A DNA stretch of 64,000 nt from Marsupella aquatica. Taxonomy: Eukaryota; Plantae; Marchantiophyta. Made by a program: the position numbers and the translations under genes. The DNA lies in NCBI GenBank assembly GCA_973895155.1, contig OZ316892.1:7857251-7921250 (forward strand), in the 5' to 3' direction. Shown piece by piece: positions 58,220-64,000 of the stretch (positions within the stretch are counted from its first letter, which is position 1; each line of letters begins with the position of its first letter). The notes under the pieces were generated by a model. It was not told where the DNA came from. It searched no databases and saw only the letters and a list, made by a program, of their open reading frames with translations.

Positions 58220-61207
58220 TAGTCAGCCTCAGCTTTCAGACAAGCCTAAAAATTAAGTACCACATGTTCCTCTCAGGGTATTAGTGCAGCATAAGTACGG
58301 CAGGATGGTCATACTGGAAATTTTCAAAATAGAATGTGAAAGAATTTAGAAGAAATCTGGCCAATACTCAATAAGGCCTTTCCCTTGATTCTGCCAGTCT
58401 CTTAACTAGCCTCTCTCACCTTTCACTTGAGCCTAAAAAATTAAGCACGAGATGTGCATGTTCATCAGGTCCTAATGAAGGAAATGGGCCTACACTACTG
58501 CTTGGTGACACTGCGCCAAGAGTTTGTAGCGAAGGAATTTCTAAGTGACGCGACAGCTGTGCATGGTTTTAATTCATTCCTTAAAAAATGCACACTGTGC
58601 TCACAGAATTTTCCAGAATGGAATGAATAGATTAGAAGAATGTGGTGTCCTCAATAATGTACTACTGACTGCGCCAGTCTCAATGGGACAGGTAGTGGTA
58701 GCATGCAAGCAAAGAGGGAATAAAATTGGTTACGAGTAAAAACAATGCCTCATAACACAATATTTTTACTCGTAGGAGAGAAAACCACCTTTCTGCTAAC
58801 AAACTTAGTTTCTGGCTAGCCAAAACCTTACTTAAAATATCTAAACTTTTGTGTCATAATTTAGTAAAACCCAATTTTGGGACAGTTTTTGGCTAGAGAC
58901 ATGTTTTGTTGTCAAAATCTTGTTTTATGCCTTTAACCATTTCAACTACTGAAGCAATATGACGACCATTGAATACGATTATGTTAGAATCTGATCCTGA
59001 CCATCAACTTTGTATGAGAGGCATACTGTGTGTGTCACCCTAGAATTAATCCAGGAGAGGGAGACAAGAGTCAGTCACGGATGCCAAAATTCATTGATTT
59101 CTGTATGGTTGCATGCTTCGATTGGTGATGTTCATCTACTTGTTCTTCTGGGGTGATGTTCATCTATTTGTCCTGCTGGATCCGTCTACGGTTTCCAAAT
59201 CTAAAAGTTGATTTGATTTGGAGACGTCCAAGGAAGTGGCTCAAATCAATCAACTCTTTGGTAGGACGACGAAGGCAAGGCTCAAATCAATCACCTTTTT
59301 GCTTTGGAAACCGGACAGGGCTTGAGGTTCGAGATGTCTACTCAATAGGTAGGACGACAACGAAGAGATCTAGAAACGAGGAGCTTCGACGAACAGTGGA
59401 GTTGAGTACAATGAAACACTGATCTTAATTCTGCAGTCTGTCGAACAGACCTGAGTGCCTATTGTAAGATTCCTGTGTCTTTGTTCTAGAACCGCTGCTC
59501 TCTGGGTGGGGGATTAGATTGCAAGGAGGAGAGAGAGAGAGAGAACATGCTGCACTCAATCTAGTGACGATGGGACTCTGATAGCTGAAATCGTCTTCAG
59601 AAGGTGCAGGAAGTTTCTCACAATGAGTCCTTTGAATAGATGGCCCGAGGGCTCGGGTTCTAAGCGCAAAGAAAGCAAGAGAGAGAGAGAGATAGATTTT
59701 ACGTTTTGCGACTTCCCAGCTCCAACCTCCGTCTTAGTAACCCCGCCAAGGAATCCCCTCTCCGCACTGTGTCCTGCTGCTTGAGTTCCTTGCAAAATTG
59801 ATTTCAAAACAAACTGCAAACAAAGCGTGTATCTCATCGCCACCATTCGCAGCGTCTTTCAACAATCCAAGTGTTGAATCTCCTACCGAAAGAAGATCCT
59901 TCTCATTACGTTCCAATATGCGGGTGAGTGAACAAAAAAAGGCAGTTGTGACCATACACCAACATTGACAATTCATTAATCGAAGCACGAGATCAAATCA
60001 TGGCAATTGGAGAAATTTGTGGGAAAGATACACTATGATACAAAACTTCTAAATTCCGAAACAACAACTTGTTATAGAGATCGCAAGTATTGCGTGTGCC
60101 CTGGCCTAAGATCAATGCTTCATCGAGCTGGATTTCTCATAGAAGATTTCTCACCAATCATTAGACGATTACTGCTCCACCAAACTTCAAAGAACGAATT
60201 GGATCCTCCACTGTATGGGATACCCACCGCAGCTCCCAATGCCTTTCGTCTCAATAAAATCCTAGAATTTGGGCTAACGTCTCCAAATTGGACATAAACT
60301 CTTTCACACGGGTGATATCTTCGTTGAAAGGCCAGACATCTAATCTTTTCATATTTAGCATACGTCAAACAAGGGAATTGACCTATCTACCGTAATACGA
60401 TGTTTGCAAGCTTAAATTGTTTGATTGTAACATTTGATTGGACCTTACTTATCGTCGCATATGTTCCTCCACGTATAAATCGGGTATGAACAGAATGATG
60501 TGGGCATGCGATCTCAGCAATTAGTCTATGCTACATTTGCAAAGATGTAGTGGATAGTATCTTACTAACTCTCCATCTGCCCACCGATCATGACATCTCA
60601 ATCGAGCGGGAACCACTCAAATCAGATGTCGGGAGGTTTATGACAGAAAATTACTCCTCTAGGAAAACTGAATGAATCAAATCGAATCAAACTACATATT
60701 CATCATTTGGGAGAAGACAGATCATCAATATGATCAACGAGGGGGCAGAGAAGACCCAGCCAGAAAAACCCTAAAATATCAATCTTTGGCGTTAATGTTA
60801 AGTAGATGCGGAGTTCTTCCTTCTCGGTTGGTTTGGAGGTCAGAGGTACCAAAATGTTCCTATTTATGAATTTAGCAACTCGGATGAACGTTGCCAAAGC
60901 ACCAACGAAAACATAACCAACCTGGGCGTATAACACAACATTGCTATAAAAACAAAAGAATATTTTGGTGTTCTACTAATGATTCTTACTGTCAGAAGCT
61001 GTGCCGGTCAGCAAGAATGCATGCACAAAATCCATTTTCAGGTATATAGCAACTTTGTGCAGTCTTTGGGGTAGGTCAAACTTGAAACGATCTATGTCTA
61101 CCAACCAAAGAAGAATGGATTTATGTACACTAGCTAGAAACTGGAGGGTTCCTCTCAGTCGTACACATCTACAAGCTTTTTGTCAGACCTCTCATGAAGG
61201 GGCATTA

Positions 61208-63404
<2,197 letters not shown>

Positions 63405-64000
63405 CTGCATTCCCACCAGGGTATTCTCACTAAATAACTTGATATCAGATTGAGAAGATTGGGTCGCCGAATGTTCCCCACAAGAAGAAGCTTAGAGTTA
63501 CGATGTCTCAGGAATCACTGTTCCATAGTTACAAGGAGGTCAGACGTGTTGAGATCTTCTCGGACAATGAGTTGCCACAATTAGCAAGCCTTGGAAGCGC
63601 AGATAGCCCTGTAGAGATTGAGGCCATTTCATCCCACTCAGGGAACTTGGCCTAGTGACCGGAAATTGCATATAGGAGGAAATAACCTTTTGAACACTCT
63701 GGATAGAGTACGCCAGAGTGGGAGACACGGAGACACAAAGAGACCGACAGTTCAGCAACGAGTTCAGATTTTGTAAGCCGGAATTTGTAGACAAACGAAA
63801 CATTGCTGGCTAGATTTGCAATGATTTTGTAAGGCAACGATCGATGTCTTCCAGCAGCCACTTTGGCCTCTCCAAAACACAAGGCCCTTCCTCTCCCCAT
63901 CGCTCTCCAGCGGCTAAGAGAAAATTTTGATAAGATTTGCATCAGATTCTGCAAGAAATAGCGCATCTCTCATCCTGCCCCCACTCACACCCTCAAAGCG

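Overview
Eukaryotic nuclear DNA from a land plant, most likely a bryophyte such as a liverwort (inference). Three host genes are present: an intronless-CDS PRP5/DDX46/RH42-type DEAD-box helicase (2842-6600, +), a GT37 xyloglucan-type fucosyltransferase (47409-49190, +), and the 3' five exons of an Old Yellow Enzyme/OPR-like reductase (61208-63404, -). Between the first two lies a ~30-kb nest of transposable elements whose junctions can be read from target-site duplications (TSDs). The main finds are: (1) a decayed Ty3/Gypsy LTR retrotransposon whose pol runs protease - DNMT3-like cytosine methyltransferase - RT - RNase H - integrase - PHD finger; (2) an ~18.2-kb TIR-bounded DNA transposon, apparently inserted in that element's 3' LTR, with a P-element/THAP9-like transposase and an EDM2-like multi-PHD cassette; (3) nested inside (2), a 3.7-kb TG..CA solo-LTR-like insert with an intact 616-aa ORF, and a very young Ty1/copia whose gag and pol are separated by one in-frame TGA. 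Also present are a 5'-truncated RLE-type non-LTR retrotransposon, a copia-like solo LTR, a MITE and many tandem repeats. All calls were made by eye; no database searches were run.
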